Part shown: positions 1-13,919 of the stretch, one piece after another | Position numbering within the stretch: the first letter of the stretch is position 1 | Layout of the letters: the number at the start of each line of letters is the position of its first letter | Assembly: GCF_026210795.1 (NCBI RefSeq) | Contig: NC_089431.1 | Span: forward strand, 1,798,001 to 1,862,000 | Direction: 5' to 3' | Length of the DNA: 64,000 nt | Source of the DNA: Rhizophagus irregularis | Taxonomy: Eukaryota | Position numbers and translations under genes: made by a program | The notes under the pieces: model-generated | What the model was told of the DNA's origin: nothing | The model's input: the letters and a program-made list of their open reading frames with translations, nothing else | Database searches by the model: none

Positions 1-333
1 AATATGATGTTCTGGACAAATTTATTGGATAAGGTAAGATACCGGTATATTACAACATTCGGATTACTTATTACATAGCTAGCTGATAAAATAAATGATA
101 TTAACAAAATGAAAAAAATAGATACCAATTGCAAAGAACTATAAATCTATCAAACTTTTATAAAAAATTGACAACCAGGAAAATATGTGAATATTAATTA
201 ATATAGTAAGTATCTCTAAAAGTTTGAATAAATAAAACAAGCCAAAATCACATTATCTAATTATTACTAACATTCGTTTATTCTTATTTTATTATTACTA
301 TATAAGATCACTTGGTTTATGGTCTAATAACTA

Positions 334-497
334 CCCTGTAAAAAAAGTCAACCCGTTTTTTATATTCAATCTTTTTTCCGTAAAAGGCTCATATTTCCAG
401 AATTAATAGCCTTATATTACGGAATTTATCGAATTATTTACATTTTCCGTGAATGGATCTGTATTTACAGAAATAACGGATAAAATTTTTTATAGGG
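334..497 (+). mobile_element. MITE family A copy (CCCTGTAAAAA...TTTTTATAGGG), 3-bp TSD CTA
   Basis: Terminal inverted repeats; CTA flanks both ends; internal sequence shared with copies at 16017, 46821 and 59957. Confidence 0.9.
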
Positions 498-3400
498 CTA
501 ATAAGCAAAAGGACAACATAATGTAACATTATATACTATAGGGTTAATAGAAATCACTGAATTTATTTATGTTTTAACAGTAAGTGTATGCATGTAATAA
601 CTGATTTTATGAGAAAATATTATTTGATAATTTAATTTCATTAAAAATTTTATTGATTTTATTCAGGCTAATTATCAAAATTTAAGGTATATTAAAATTA
701 TTTTGGCAATGCTGCACCAACATTTTTATAAAAAATATTCATCACGCAATGAAGACCTGTATGATAAATTGTTATTCAATATTTCAATTACATTTTTATA
801 GTAATTTATGCTTCGCAATTGACTATTAAAATGATTATAGTATATTCAAATTTGGTTAGTAAGTTTTTGCCAAAAATAAAAATTAACTGATTAAAAGTAC
901 TAGTTGTGCAAATTATTATTTTTTTTAGGTCTCGATGCGTAGCAAAAGTATTTTGGTGACGTGGTTGAAGGTATATTGATAAGTATTGGCGAGATAAATA
1001 AATATTATATTTCTTTTCTAAAGCTTCACAGCAACAATGACTTATATGGGTAATATCTACGCTATCCACACCGCCGCATACCCCGTTATCGCTATTTATT
1101 TTTTTTCACGAAATGTGAACCCTATTGGCACAATTATTTATCACCATCATGATATCATGTTGCAATCCTAAATAGTATATTCGTTATTTTTTTTGAAATA
1201 AAATTCACTTTTAAATAAAGATATGTTTACTTAACAACGAAAGGAAATAATATTTATAAATTAAACAGGAAAAAATTTAAAAACTCATTCTTTATAATTA
1301 CAAATAACAATATGTTAATTTAATAATTCAATTTAACTATTTTATTTTAAATAAATTAAAATATTTAGTAATAATATCATAATAATACAAAATGTATTTA
1401 ATAAAGAAATATAAACTTACTGCATTGATCAGATGATTGAGTAAATTCCAAAGATTCATTATTAATTTGCAATCCAGAAGTTAAATTTTCGTTATCTTTT
1501 AAGATAATGGTCATTTTTTGTCAGTATATTGTTAAAAATAATCAATAAAATATAAAAAGAAAATATATTTAATACATACCTTTAATTGACTTATTTCTAG
1601 CGTTAATCCCAAAACCCATTTTTTCAAACTCGTCTAACACATCATTGATAGTTGGTCTCCGCTCAGGTTCTTGATCCCAGCAATTTTTATAAAGTTTTTC
1701 ATATTCAATAGGAGTATCAGGAATTGTGTCTTCACGAACGCCATTGTTAATTTTATAAGGAAGTGAAGCTTTATCCCAATCTTTAAATGGAGGATATCCA
1801 CTAGAAATTTCCCACATTAATACACCAAAGCTATATATATCTGATGATTTAGTATATGGAAAATTTTGATCAAAGATACGTTTTGGTTCCATATATGAAA
1901 TAACGCCAAAATTTCCCATATAAACTGTTGATTTTGGATCATTTTGAATTTTTGAAATACCAAAATCAGTAATTTTAGCATTATGCTCATGAATAACTAT
2001 GTTTTTAGAATGCTAAGATGAAAAGCATGATATTGTTAGTATATACCAATTTGTATTATATTAAAATTTCAAATACTACTTACAAGATCTCTATGTAAAA
2101 TATTTTCGTTATGCAAATAATTTAATCCATCTGCAATTTGAAATGCTAATTTTTTCTTATCATCCCAAGTTAAATTCTTAAAATTATCTTTGAGGTAACT
2201 TTGAAGATCACTACCGTCAGCATATTGCATTATAAGAAGGTAATCAGATTTCTTTATCGGATCTATAAAAAATTTAGTAATAATCAAATATAAAGTAAAA
2301 ATAAAAAAACAATCACAATTCTCTTATTACCTAAACTAGTAATGCCTAAACAACGTACAATCCTATTACTATAATCAAGCTGTAAATGTATTTTTAATTC
2401 ATGAATAAAAGCATCTAATAAAGTATGCTTAATATCTGCTGTATTGGATAATTTTTTACAAATAACATAATCATGTATTTTGGTCCAAATTGCTCTACTA
2501 ATATGTCCAAATGCTCCCGTACCAAAAAAAGGCTCTACATTTTCTAATTCATCATAAGATATATATTTAACCTGATTATATTTTAAGGCAGTTTCAATCC
2601 ATTCAGTTGCATTCTCACTTTCTTTTTCTGCCTTTTTAAACCACTCAAATGTTTTAACATCATACTTTTCACCTTCATCACGCTGTGCTTCCTCATCTTT
2701 ATTTGCTACTGCTTTTTGATACCAATAAAAAGCTTTAACTTCATCCCTTTTAGTAACAGTTCCGTTATTAAAATAAATACTTAATTTATATTGTGCATCT
2801 TTATTTCCATTTTCTGCTGCCTTTTGACACCAATAAAAAGCTTTAGTTTCATCTTTTTCAGTTCCAATTCCATTTTCATATACTACACTCAATCTATGTT
2901 GTGCACTATTATTTCCATTTTCTGCTGCTTTTTGATACCAATAAAAAGCTTTTATTTCATTCTTTTCACTACCAATTCCATTTTCATGACATAAACCTAA
3001 TTTATACTGTGCAATTTAATTTCCATTTTCTGCTGCTTTTTCATACCAATAAGAAGCTTTGGCATCATCTTTATTAGTTTTATTAATACCAACTCCTTTT
3101 TCATAATATAAACCTAAATTATATTGTGCATTTTTATTTGCATTTTCCGCTGCTTTTTGATACCAATGAAAAGCTTTATCATCATTTTTTTCAATTCCTA
3201 TTCCTTTTTCATAACACAAACCTAAACTATATTGTGCATTCTTATTGTTATTTTCTGCTGCTTTTTGATACCAATAAAAAGCTTGGAAATTACTTTTTTC
3301 AATACCAATTCCATTTTCATAAAATAAACCCAAATTGTATTGCGCATTATTATTTCCATTTTCTATTGATTTTTGATACCAATAAAAAGCTTTAATTTCA

Positions 3401-3705
3401 TCTTTTTCAATGCCAATTCCTTTTTCATAACATAAACCTAGATTATATTGTGCATTTTTATTTCCATTTTCTGATGCTTTCTGATACCAATGACAAGCTT
3501 TATATTTGTCCATGTTAATACCAATTCCATCTTCATAACATACGCCTAAATTATATTGTGCATTCTCATTTTCATTTTCTGCTGCTTTTTCACACCAATA
3601 AAAAGCCTTTCTTAAGTCTTCTTCGTTTTTATAACATAAACTTAAGCTATATCGTGCATTATTATTTCCATTTTCTGCTGCTTTTTGATACCAATAAAAT
3701 GCTTT

Positions 3706-6700
3706 CTTTGCTGAAACCTATCGATTTTGAAAAATATGGTAGAAACATTTTTAAAATATGATCACCATATTGCATACGTATTTCTGTTAACTCTGTTGTA
3801 ACTCGATAACAGCAATATGTTAAGCATATGTCAAAAATATGAAATAAAAATATGTCTAGAATATGTTAAACATCAATCAAAAATATGATGAAAATATGTA
3901 ATAGGAATGTTTTTATTATATATCAAAAATATGTTGGAAATATGTAATAGGGATGTTTTCATTATATATCAAAAATATGTTGGAAATATTATAAATCAAT
4001 TTATTAAAATAATCAAAAATTTAATTACATGTATACAATATCATATGGCACAAATGTTTCTCTCATCTATCAAAAAATTTAAAATACTATATAATTCTTA
4101 ATAATATTATTATCCATACCAATACCGCATTATAATAAAATATAACATCGATTTCCTTCATTATGCTCAGTATTATGTATTCCTACAATTGTGATAAAGA
4201 ATAAACGTGGAATGTGATCAACCAAGGTAATTGGAAAATTTTGAAACCACCGTAGTGATTCTTTAGCCTTCTATAAAATAAATATAAATAAAATGTTAAT
4301 ATTATTTCATTAATAAAAAAATAGCTAAATAAATTAAGTTTTTAAAATCAAAACTTACCATCCAATCCACTCAAGAACCAGAATCCATTTCCTATAAAAA
4401 AGAGGAAAAGTTAAATATTATTTAAAAAAATTTAATTTTGAAATAATTTAATTTCAAAATTTTGAACTCACCATCCGATCAATTGGAAATCCATCCTATA
4501 AAAAAAAAAAAGAAAAAAACAGTAATCACAATTTTTTATCATTTTCGAATTTATTTTCCCAAAAGTTTACCTTCATCTACTAATTTCGCACAATCCGAAC
4601 AATATAAAGACCAGTTATCATACTGGGAACTCTGATAATTGAGTCAAAGGAAAACATAAAATAAAAGAAGACGCTACTGTAATTAAACATCTTTCACAAG
4701 AGTTCTAAATATAGGAGTCCTACTAAAGAAATAAAAAAGGTTAATAAAAACTTTTTTTAATTAATTTTCAAAAATATTTTTGATACTCACTTGGGAATCT
4801 GGTGTCTACATCCGTCAGAGCTGATTTCCCTACAAAAAAAGAAAAAATGTAAAAAAAAATTTTTTTCTTTAAAATTTTGAATTCCTATTTTCGAAACTTA
4901 CAATCTTTGAGATTTCAGTTTTCCAAGTCGGAACTGATTGAAAAAAAAAATGATAAAAAGTTTTTTTAAAAGTTTTGAGTTCAACTCGCCATTATCTAGA
5001 ATTCCAGCTTTCAAGTCAGAGCTAATTTCCTACAAAAATCAAACAAAAATAAGTTTTAAAAAAACTTTTCTTTAAAGTTTCAAATTTCTGTTTTTGAAAC
5101 TTACCTATTCTACGCGTCCAAACTTGTCTAAAAATATGAAAAAACAAGGCCAATTTCTTACTGAAATCCTAGTATCCAAGCCGTTTAAAAAAAAAGCATT
5201 TTAAAAGACGAAATAGAGAAATTTTTTTAAAAAAACCAAAATCCATATCCAAAGAACTAAAAAGTCGCTTAAAAGAGAAAAGAAACAGAACATTAATAAT
5301 TATTTCATTAAAGAGATAGGCCAGAAACATTCCTCTTACCAAAATCCTTGTCCAAAAATATTCAAAGAATACTGAAATTTACATCCGTCTAAAAAAAAAG
5401 AAAAAAGTGAGAGAAAGGGAAGTACATGAAAGAGAGATAGGGAAAAAAATGAAAAGAGGGAAAGGGAAATTATGAAAGAGAGGGAAAGGGGGAAAATGAG
5501 AGAGGAAAGTTTACCAAAAAAAAGTTTATGCCGAAAAAAGTTTAACTTTTTTTTAAACTTTAACTTTAGACTTTTTTTAAAGTTATACTTTTTTTTAAAA
5601 AAAAGTGATATTGTTATATTGCTAATATTAAATCACATGACGCGAATTTATTACAATAAGTTTGTATAACCGAAAATTTGAACTTTTTTTTCCCACTTAA
5701 AATACTTATTTATATAAACTTTTTTCCTTTTTTTTCACACTTTTTTTTCCGACTTTCTATAACCTAAAAATTTTTTCTTTCCTATAGAAATATTATTATT
5801 TTAGTAAAAGCTTTTTTTTCAATGGAAGAACCATTTATAAAGGAACCAGAAAGTATTATATAGTACATGAAAATTTTGGTTTTCTTTTTACTTTTATTTT
5901 TTTGATAAAGTATTACGTTTTACTACTAAAAAAAAAAATATAATAAATCTTTTATCAGAAAATGGCCCATATTTTATATTGTGAGTCAAAATAAAGTCAT
6001 TCAAAGGATTTGTGGCTGATATTGTTATATTATCATGTTTGGCTATGGGTAGCTTTTCTCTTTAGATGGATCTAGATGCGTAAAATTTGGTTGGTATATT
6101 GATCGTATCGGCTGTAATTTTCCCGGGATCATCTGTACAAGTCACTGTTATGCAAATCAATTGATATCATGTGATTATAAACAAAAAAAGAAAGTATTTT
6201 TTTTATTTAATTTGATTGTTTACTAATTGCTCATTTATTTATTTTATTTTTTTAGGATACATTTTATTAGCGGTGCAAACATTCTGGATTTATTAGTATA
6301 AAGTATAAACAGACTTGTTAGAGGTCATAAACTATCCCACCAGCTGGCAAAGTGTATGAAATTTCTTTTAATTCACAAAGAAAGCCTTGCTAAAGTCATC
6401 TTTAGTGTAGGTCTAGTAATACATTGCCTTAATTGAGCGTGGCTACGAAGTTTATGATTTTTAAATATATATTATATATCAATATTGATATCTTATGTTT
6501 GATTACACAATTTATTTACTATTTAAATTAAATACATTTTTGCTATATATCAATAAATTAACAATAACGAGTGTCCTTATTATATTATTATAATGCATTT
6601 TAATAAATTAGTGTTATGATAAATGGCAAAGCTAATCAAGATTTATTTTTTAGCATTAGGTAAATTGAACACAATTTGTATTTTCGTTAAAAGGATAAAA

Positions 6701-7298
6701 TTATAAATTTTTATTTTTATTTTTTTTTAAAAAAAATCATATTATTTAAAATTAAAAAAATTAAGGTTTCATATTGCCTTTACATAGCCAATATAAAGTA
6801 GTGATTTGGTAACTAAGACGAAAAAAATGCACTAGCGATCAACCTTATAGTCACATGACAGTCACATGCTAGAAGCAGTTATTCATATAACAACAACATA
6901 TTCAAAATATATTATTCATATATCAACAACATATTCAAAATATATTGTTTGTATATCAGCAACAGTATTCAAAATATGTTATTCATATATCAACAGCATA
7001 TTTGAAATATATTAACAACATATTCAAAATATTCATTATATCATTTGTTTAAGTACATGTTTTAACATACTTTGAAAATATTGTAAAATTATTTTATTCA
7101 TATTACAAAAATATTTACTACACTATATTAGTTTAAGTTTAAATTTCAACATATATTAAAAATATTATAACATTATTTTATTAATATTACAAACATATTG
7201 CGTATATTAAAATATATAGAACATATATATACCATCTGTTAGTAATATGTAGTGATTATGTCTGACATATTTTGTGAAAACCAGAGGTTTCTGCAAAG
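3706..7298. mobile_element. 3.6-kb non-autonomous TIR DNA transposon, 2-bp TSD (TT), probably CMC/CACTA-related
   Basis: Left CTTTGCTGAAACCT...AAAATATG versus right CATATTTT...AGGTTTCTGCAAAG (~33-bp imperfect TIR); subterminal AAAATATG-rich repeats at both ends; interrupts a Sel1 repeat precisely. Confidence 0.9.
6880..7040. repeat. Subterminal tandem repeat (~31-bp unit TATTCATATATCAACAACATATTCAAAATAT, ~5 copies)
   Basis: Read directly from the sequence. Confidence 0.8.
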
Positions 7299-10200
7299 TT
7301 AATTTCATCCTTTCCAATACCAATTCCATTTTCGTAACATAAACCTAAATTATATTGTGCACTAATAATTCCGTTTTCTGCTGCTTTTTGATACCAATTA
7401 AAAGCCACGGCATCATTTTTTGCAATGCCAATTCCATTTTCATAACATAAGCCTAAATTAAATTGTGCATTCGCATTTTTATTTGCTGCTGATTGATACC
7501 AATTAACAGCTTGAGCATAGCTTTTCTCAATACCAATTCCATTTTCATAGAATAAACCTAATTTATATTGTGCATTATTATTATTAAAATTGCTTGCTGC
7601 TTTTTGATACCAATAAAAAGCTTTAGCTTTATTCTTTTCAATACCAATTCCACTTTCATAGCATAAACCTAAATTATATTGTGCATCATTATTTCCATTT
7701 TCCGCAGCTTTTTCGTACCAGTAAAAAGTTTTAACTTCGTCTATTTCAATACCAATTCCATTCTCATAACATAAGCCTAAATTATATTGTGCATCATTAA
7801 TTCCATTTTCTACTGCTTTTTGATACCAATAAAAAGCTTTAGCTTCATCTTTTTCAATACCAATTCCATTCTCATAGCATATACCCAAATTATACTGTGC
7901 ATTTACATTTTGATTTTCTGCTGCTTTTTTATTCCAATAAAAAGATTTAACATTACATTTTTCAACACCAATACCATTTTTATAACATAAACCCAATCTA
8001 TATTGTGCATTACTGTTTTCATTTTCTGCTGCTTTTTGATACCAATAAAAAGCCATAATGTTATCTTCTTTATTAGTGCCAACACCATTTTCCCAAAACA
8101 TGCCTAAATTATATTGTGCATTCTCATTTCTATTTTCTGCTGCTTTTTGATACCAATAAAATGCTTGAAAATTATCTTTTCCAGTACCAATTCCATTCTC
8201 ATAACATAAGCCTAAATTATATTGTGCATCATTAATTCCATTTTCTACTGCTTTTTGATACCAATAAAAAGCTTTTGCTTCATCTTTTTCAGTACCAATT
8301 CCATTTTCATAATATAAACCCAAATTATATTGTGCACCATTAATTCCATTTTCTGCTGCTTTTTGATACCAATAAAATGCTTTAACATTATTTTTTTCAA
8401 TACCAATTCCATTTTCATAACATAAGCATAGATTATATTGTGCACTATTATTTCCATTATCTGCTGCTTTCTGATACCAATAAAATGCTGTTACCTCATT
8501 TTTTTCAATACCAATTCCTTTTTCATAACATAAACCTAAACTATATTGTGCATTTGCATTTTCATTTTTTGCTGCTTTTTGAAACCAATTAAAAGCTGTA
8601 AGATCATTTTTTTCAATACCAATTCCATTTTCATAACATAAACCCAAATTATATTGTGCATCTGCATTTTTATTCGCTGCTGCTTTTTGATACCAATAAA
8701 AAGCTTTAACCTCATCTTTTTCAATACCAATTCCATTTTCGTAACATAAACCCAAATTATATTGCGCACTATTAATTCCGTTTTCTGCTGCTTTTTGATA
8801 CCAATAAAATGCTTTAACATTACTTTTTTCAATACCAATTCCATTTATATAAAAATGACCCAGTTTAATTTGTCCGTCACTACTTTCATTTTCTGCTAAT
8901 TTTTGGTAACAGCAAAAGGCTTTCTCAAAATCTTTTTCAATACCAATTCCATTTTCGTAACATAAACCTAATTTATATTGTGCATCTTGATTTCCATTTG
9001 TTGCAGCAGCTTGATACCAATTAAAAGCCTTAACTTTATCATTAATATTAAATCCTTCACTATAATATAAACTCAAGTTATATTGTATATTTTCATTTTC
9101 ATTTTTTGCTACATTTTGATGACAATAAAAAACTTTATTTTCATTTTTATTAATACCAGTATTATTTTTTGCTTTTTGATACCAATAAGAAGCTTTTTCT
9201 TTATTTTTTTTAGTACCTATTCCATTTTTATAACACATGCCTAATTTATATTGTGCATCTTTATTTTCGTTTTCAGCTGCTTGTTGATACCAATAAAAAG
9301 CCAGACTTACATTTTTTTCAGTACCAATTCCATTTTTATAACATAAACCCAATTTATATTGTGCGTCTTTATTCTCATTTTCTGCTGCTTTTTGATAATA
9401 ATAAAATGCTTTATAATAATCTGATGAAGTACCAATTCCATTTTCATAACATAAACCCAGTCTATATTGTGCATTATTATTTGTTATTGATGCTCTTTGA
9501 TACCAAGGAAAAGCTTCAGTTGTGTTTTTTTTAGTAATACCAATTCCATTTTCATAATATAATCCTAAACTATATTGTGAATTAGTGCTTCCATTTTCAT
9601 AATATAATCCTAAACTATATTGTGAATTAGTGCTTCCATTTTCTACTGCCTTTTGTAGCCAATAAAAAGCTTTTTTCAAATCTTTTTCAATACCAATTCC
9701 ATTTTCATAACATAAACTCAACTCATATTGTGCATTATTCTCACTTTCTGCAGCCTTTTGAAACCAATAAAAAGCTTTAATTTCGTCCTTATCAATATCA
9801 TTTCCATTTTTGAACAATAATCCTAGTTCATATTGTGCATTACTATCCTTACTTTCTGCAGCCTTTTGAAGCCAATAAAAAGCTTTAGCTTTATTTTTTT
9901 TTATCTTGAACCCATTTTCATAATATACACCTAAATCATATTGTGCATTTTTATTGCAATTTAATGCAGCTTTTTGAAGCCAGTAAAAAGCTTTACCCTT
10001 ATCTTTCTCAATTTTAGTTCCATTTTTATACCATAAACTTAAATTATATTGTGCATTACTATTTTCATTTTCTGCTGCTTTTTCATACCAATAAAAAGCT
10101 TTGACCTCATCTTTTTCAATACCTATTCCATTTTCATAACATAAACCCAAACTATATTGTGCATTACTATTTTCATTTTCTGCTGCTTTTTGATACCAAC

Positions 10201-11478
10201 AGAGATCTATAGTTTTACCTTTTTCAATATTTATAATTCCATTTTCATAGCATAAATCCAAACTATATTGCACATTATTATTTTTATTGTCCACAGCTTT
10301 TTGATTCCAATAAAGAGCTTTAGCTTCATTCTTTTCAATACCAATTCCATTTTTATAACACAAACATAAACTATACTGAGCATTATTATTTCCATTTTCT
10401 GCTGCTTTTTGATACCAATAAAAGGCTTTTTCAAAATCTTTTTCAATACCAATTCCATTTTCATAAAATAAACCTAAATTGTATTGTGCATCATTATTTC
10501 CATTTTCTACTGCTATTTGATACCAATAAAAAGCTTTAATTTCATCCTTTTCAATACCAACGCCATTTTCATAGCATAAACCTAAATTATATTGTGCATC
10601 ATCATTTCCATTTTTTGCAGCTTTTCGATACCAATGAAAAGCTTTAGCTTCATTTTTTTCAATACCAATTTCATTCTCATAGCATTGACCTAAATTATAT
10701 TGTGCATCGTTATTTCTATTTTTTGCAGCTTTTCGATACCAGTGAAAAGCTTTATATTTGTTCATATCAATACCGATTCCATTTTCATAACATACGCCTA
10801 AATTATATTGTGCATTTTCATTTCCATTTTCTGCTGCTTTTTCATACCAATAAAAAGCATTTCTTAAGTCTTTTTCATTTTTATAACATAAACTTAAACT
10901 ATATTGAGCATTATTATTTCCATTTTCAGCTGCTTTTTGATACCAATAAAAAGCTTTAATTTTATCCTTTTCAATACTAATTCCATTTTCATAGAATAAA
11001 CCTAAATTATATTGTGCATTATTATTACCGTTTTCTGCTGCTTTCTGATACCGAGAAAAAGCTTTATTTTCATTTCTTTCAATACCAATGCCATTTTCAT
11101 AGCATAAACCTAAATTATATTGTGCATCATTATTTCCATTTTCTGCAGCTCTTTCGTACAAATAAAAAGCTTTAACTACGTCTATTTCAATACCAATTCC
11201 ATACTCATAACATAAACCTAAATTATATTGTGCATCATTATTTCCATTTTCTACTGCTTTTTGATACCAATAAAAAGCTTTAGCTTCATCTTTTTCAATA
11301 CCAATTCCATTCTCGTAGCATTGACCTAAATTATACTGTGCATTATTATTCCCATTTTTTGCTGCTTTTTGGTACCATTTAATGGATAATTTAGACTGAA
11401 ATGTTTTAATCATTTCTAATATAAAAGAAATAAATCTGCTAAGAAAAATTTTTTACAGAAGAACTAGTTACTTCGCAA

Positions 11479-11587
11479 CCTTATAAAAATTTTTCAGAAA
11501 AATGATCACGTGTCTGAGTTCCTTCGGAATGAAAACTAGAAAAATGATCATTTATCGGAGTTTTTTTCCAGAATTTTTTTTTATAGG
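11479..11587. mobile_element. MITE family B copy, TSD CAA, 66 bp upstream of the kinase ATG
   Basis: CCTTATAAAAA...TTTTTATAGG termini; reverse complement of the element at 53895-54203 minus its insert. Confidence 0.8.
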
Positions 11588-13919
11588 CAATAAGCTAAAA
11601 AAACAATTTATATATGCTGTACATTTATTTTTTGTAACACATGAATCAATATTTGATACAGGAGTATTTCGTGACAATAACAAATTTTTTTAACTAAAAA
11701 TTTTATGTTTGTCAAGATGTAATACTATTTTGTTACATTAGCACTTGTACGCTATCTTGTACAATATATATTATTTATAGTTACACTAGGAAGTATTTGA
11801 TAATCTTTGAAGATTAGATCGGCATAACGGAAAAAAGTATCAAAATATTTTACACAATGAAACTTGATAACCAGATCTATAGGTTCCACTAAAAGTATTT
11901 TGTTTATCGGGTTATCCTATATCAGCGAAAAAAGTTCGATGAAAATTGATTATACTGAAAATTGATTACATCAAATTTTAAAAATTTTTATCCAACAATA
12001 TAACATGCTAAATAAACTAATTATAATATATTTTAACTTTCCCATCTTTATAAGTGAAAGGGATCGGAAAATGAGTACAAAATATTTTATTAAAAATAAT
12101 TATATCAGTAACTTTCGCGGTCAAAATTGATTTATTGCATCAATTTTATTAGCATCAATGTATCTGATCACGTGTTATGATATAACCAATATAACCAGTT
12201 GGCGGATTATAGGTGGTAATAACCAAACACACAGTCTTATTTCAAAGAACCAATTGAAATCAACGTGGACGGACACGCAAGTAACGCCGATCGTTCACGT
12301 GATACAAATACTAAATCATCCTCCAATAAAAATCGACAAAAAGAAGACCAATCAAGTATACATTAATTGATCAAATGATCGCTCAAATAAGGCGACATCC
12401 TACGATAACATGAACCTAGAAAAAAGTCTTAAACGAACTTACAGCATGGGTACAACAATTAATCTGTCGAATAAAACAACGTAAGTACTAGACGGTGTGT
12501 GTTAAATCACTTTCTCCACGTTCACTCCTACTATGACTGGGTCTTTGGACCTATACGATAGGAGATATATATACTGTACTGGTATGATAGTTCCCAGGAA
12601 ATTACAAATATGCCTTAAACAACATGAAAAATTCCAGACAGTGGTCCATAATATACAGTATCTGAGAGGCCAAAATATCATGGAATTTAGATGTCAAAAG
12701 CTTTAAACTTATTATCACAGCGAAAGGGGAGTATGTTGATAGGATATTTCGAAAAATATCAAACGCGTAAGAACATCCTTCGCGATCGAGAAGGAAGAAT
12801 TCTATTGATCCCAATACTTTCATCCGAGTAGCAATAGGAAAGTCCCAGGCCCTTTGGAATGGCCGTCAAAAAATGATAGCATTAAAGGCTCTGTTGCATT
12901 TGTAGTCAATGAGTTATGATTTTTTAAGTTAAAAATTAAGTTTTTCGTTTCTTTTGTAAGCCACTGCTGTATCATGAGTTATTTAGAAATATATTATTTT
13001 AATATTATCTAGGAAGAACTCACCTGAGACTTCAAAACCTAGATAGTCATCGAATAAGAAGGTTTCGGTGAGATTTTATTACTGATAATGAATTGAGGTA
13101 CAAGGAGCCGTGGGATTAATATTAGTTAGTGTGAAGTGTTTCCCTGCAGTATATCGAATTTCACTATACTTGAACATTTTATATATTATATATTTATTTT
13201 TTTTTCGTAAAAAAAATCAAAAAAAAAAATTCATTTTTTGTTAACAAAATTTGAAGTTCGCAAATATTACCTTATTTAAAAAGTTTATTTTTCACTTAAA
13301 CGCCATGATTTGGTAGGAGCATTAATAAATGATATCATTAACATTAAGTTAAGCTGTATAGTATGCTATAATATAGATTTCCTGATTATTACGTTATTAC
13401 TAAACTTTAATTTCTTCGCTAGCAAACGGAATAAAGAAGTATGGATAACGAAGATAAAACCTTATATACCGGGAATGTAAAGAAATGAACAAATAAATTT
13501 GTGTTTGTTTAACATGTTTGTTTAAATTATAACTCCCCACAATTTTTTTCAGGCAAAAGGAAAGTTAAACTAATTATTCATTTGAAACGGCCTTAATGAG
13601 AATAATTGTAAATTTTTTTAAAAAAATATTTGTTCTAAAAATAATAATAGGCCATTTGAATTTTTTTTTGTTGTTGTACAATGTCACGTGCGAAGCAAAA
13701 ATATCATAGACATGATATATCAAGAATGACACAATTGCCGGACGGACATCCGGACATTGGCACATTGCATAAACGTGCATATTTACTTTCGTTACACTTT
13801 GGACTAACAATGTATAGAATCGTCATCCTAGAACGTAATACAGTAACTTGTACTACATGTCACTAACAATCAGCTTATAATTTCACTTAAGACTTTTCCA
13901 TACTTCTTAAAAAAAAACA

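Larger units (their letters stand above)
1320..11413 (-). pseudogene. Sel1-like repeat (about 45-48 repeats) + tyrosine-kinase-like protein kinase gene, disrupted by a TE insertion (3706-7298) and an in-frame TAA (3016-3018)
   Basis: AQYNLGxCYENGIGIEKD..KAFYWYQKAA repeats; kinase motifs GTGAFG, VICKKL, HRDL|HSKN, DFG, SDIYSFG. Exons by eye: 11413-2331 (minus TE), 2262-2084, 2012-1580, 1495-1421, 1336-1320. Removing the TE and one TSD copy restores the frame (DEI-K-AFYW). Confidence 0.88.

Noticed and set aside
7787..10959. Many short ORFs overlapping the Sel1 array
   Set aside because: Frame and antisense shadows of the repeat
12480..13150. Possible decayed retroelement coding remnant
   Set aside because: Slightly higher GC, but no recognisable motif could be reconstructed
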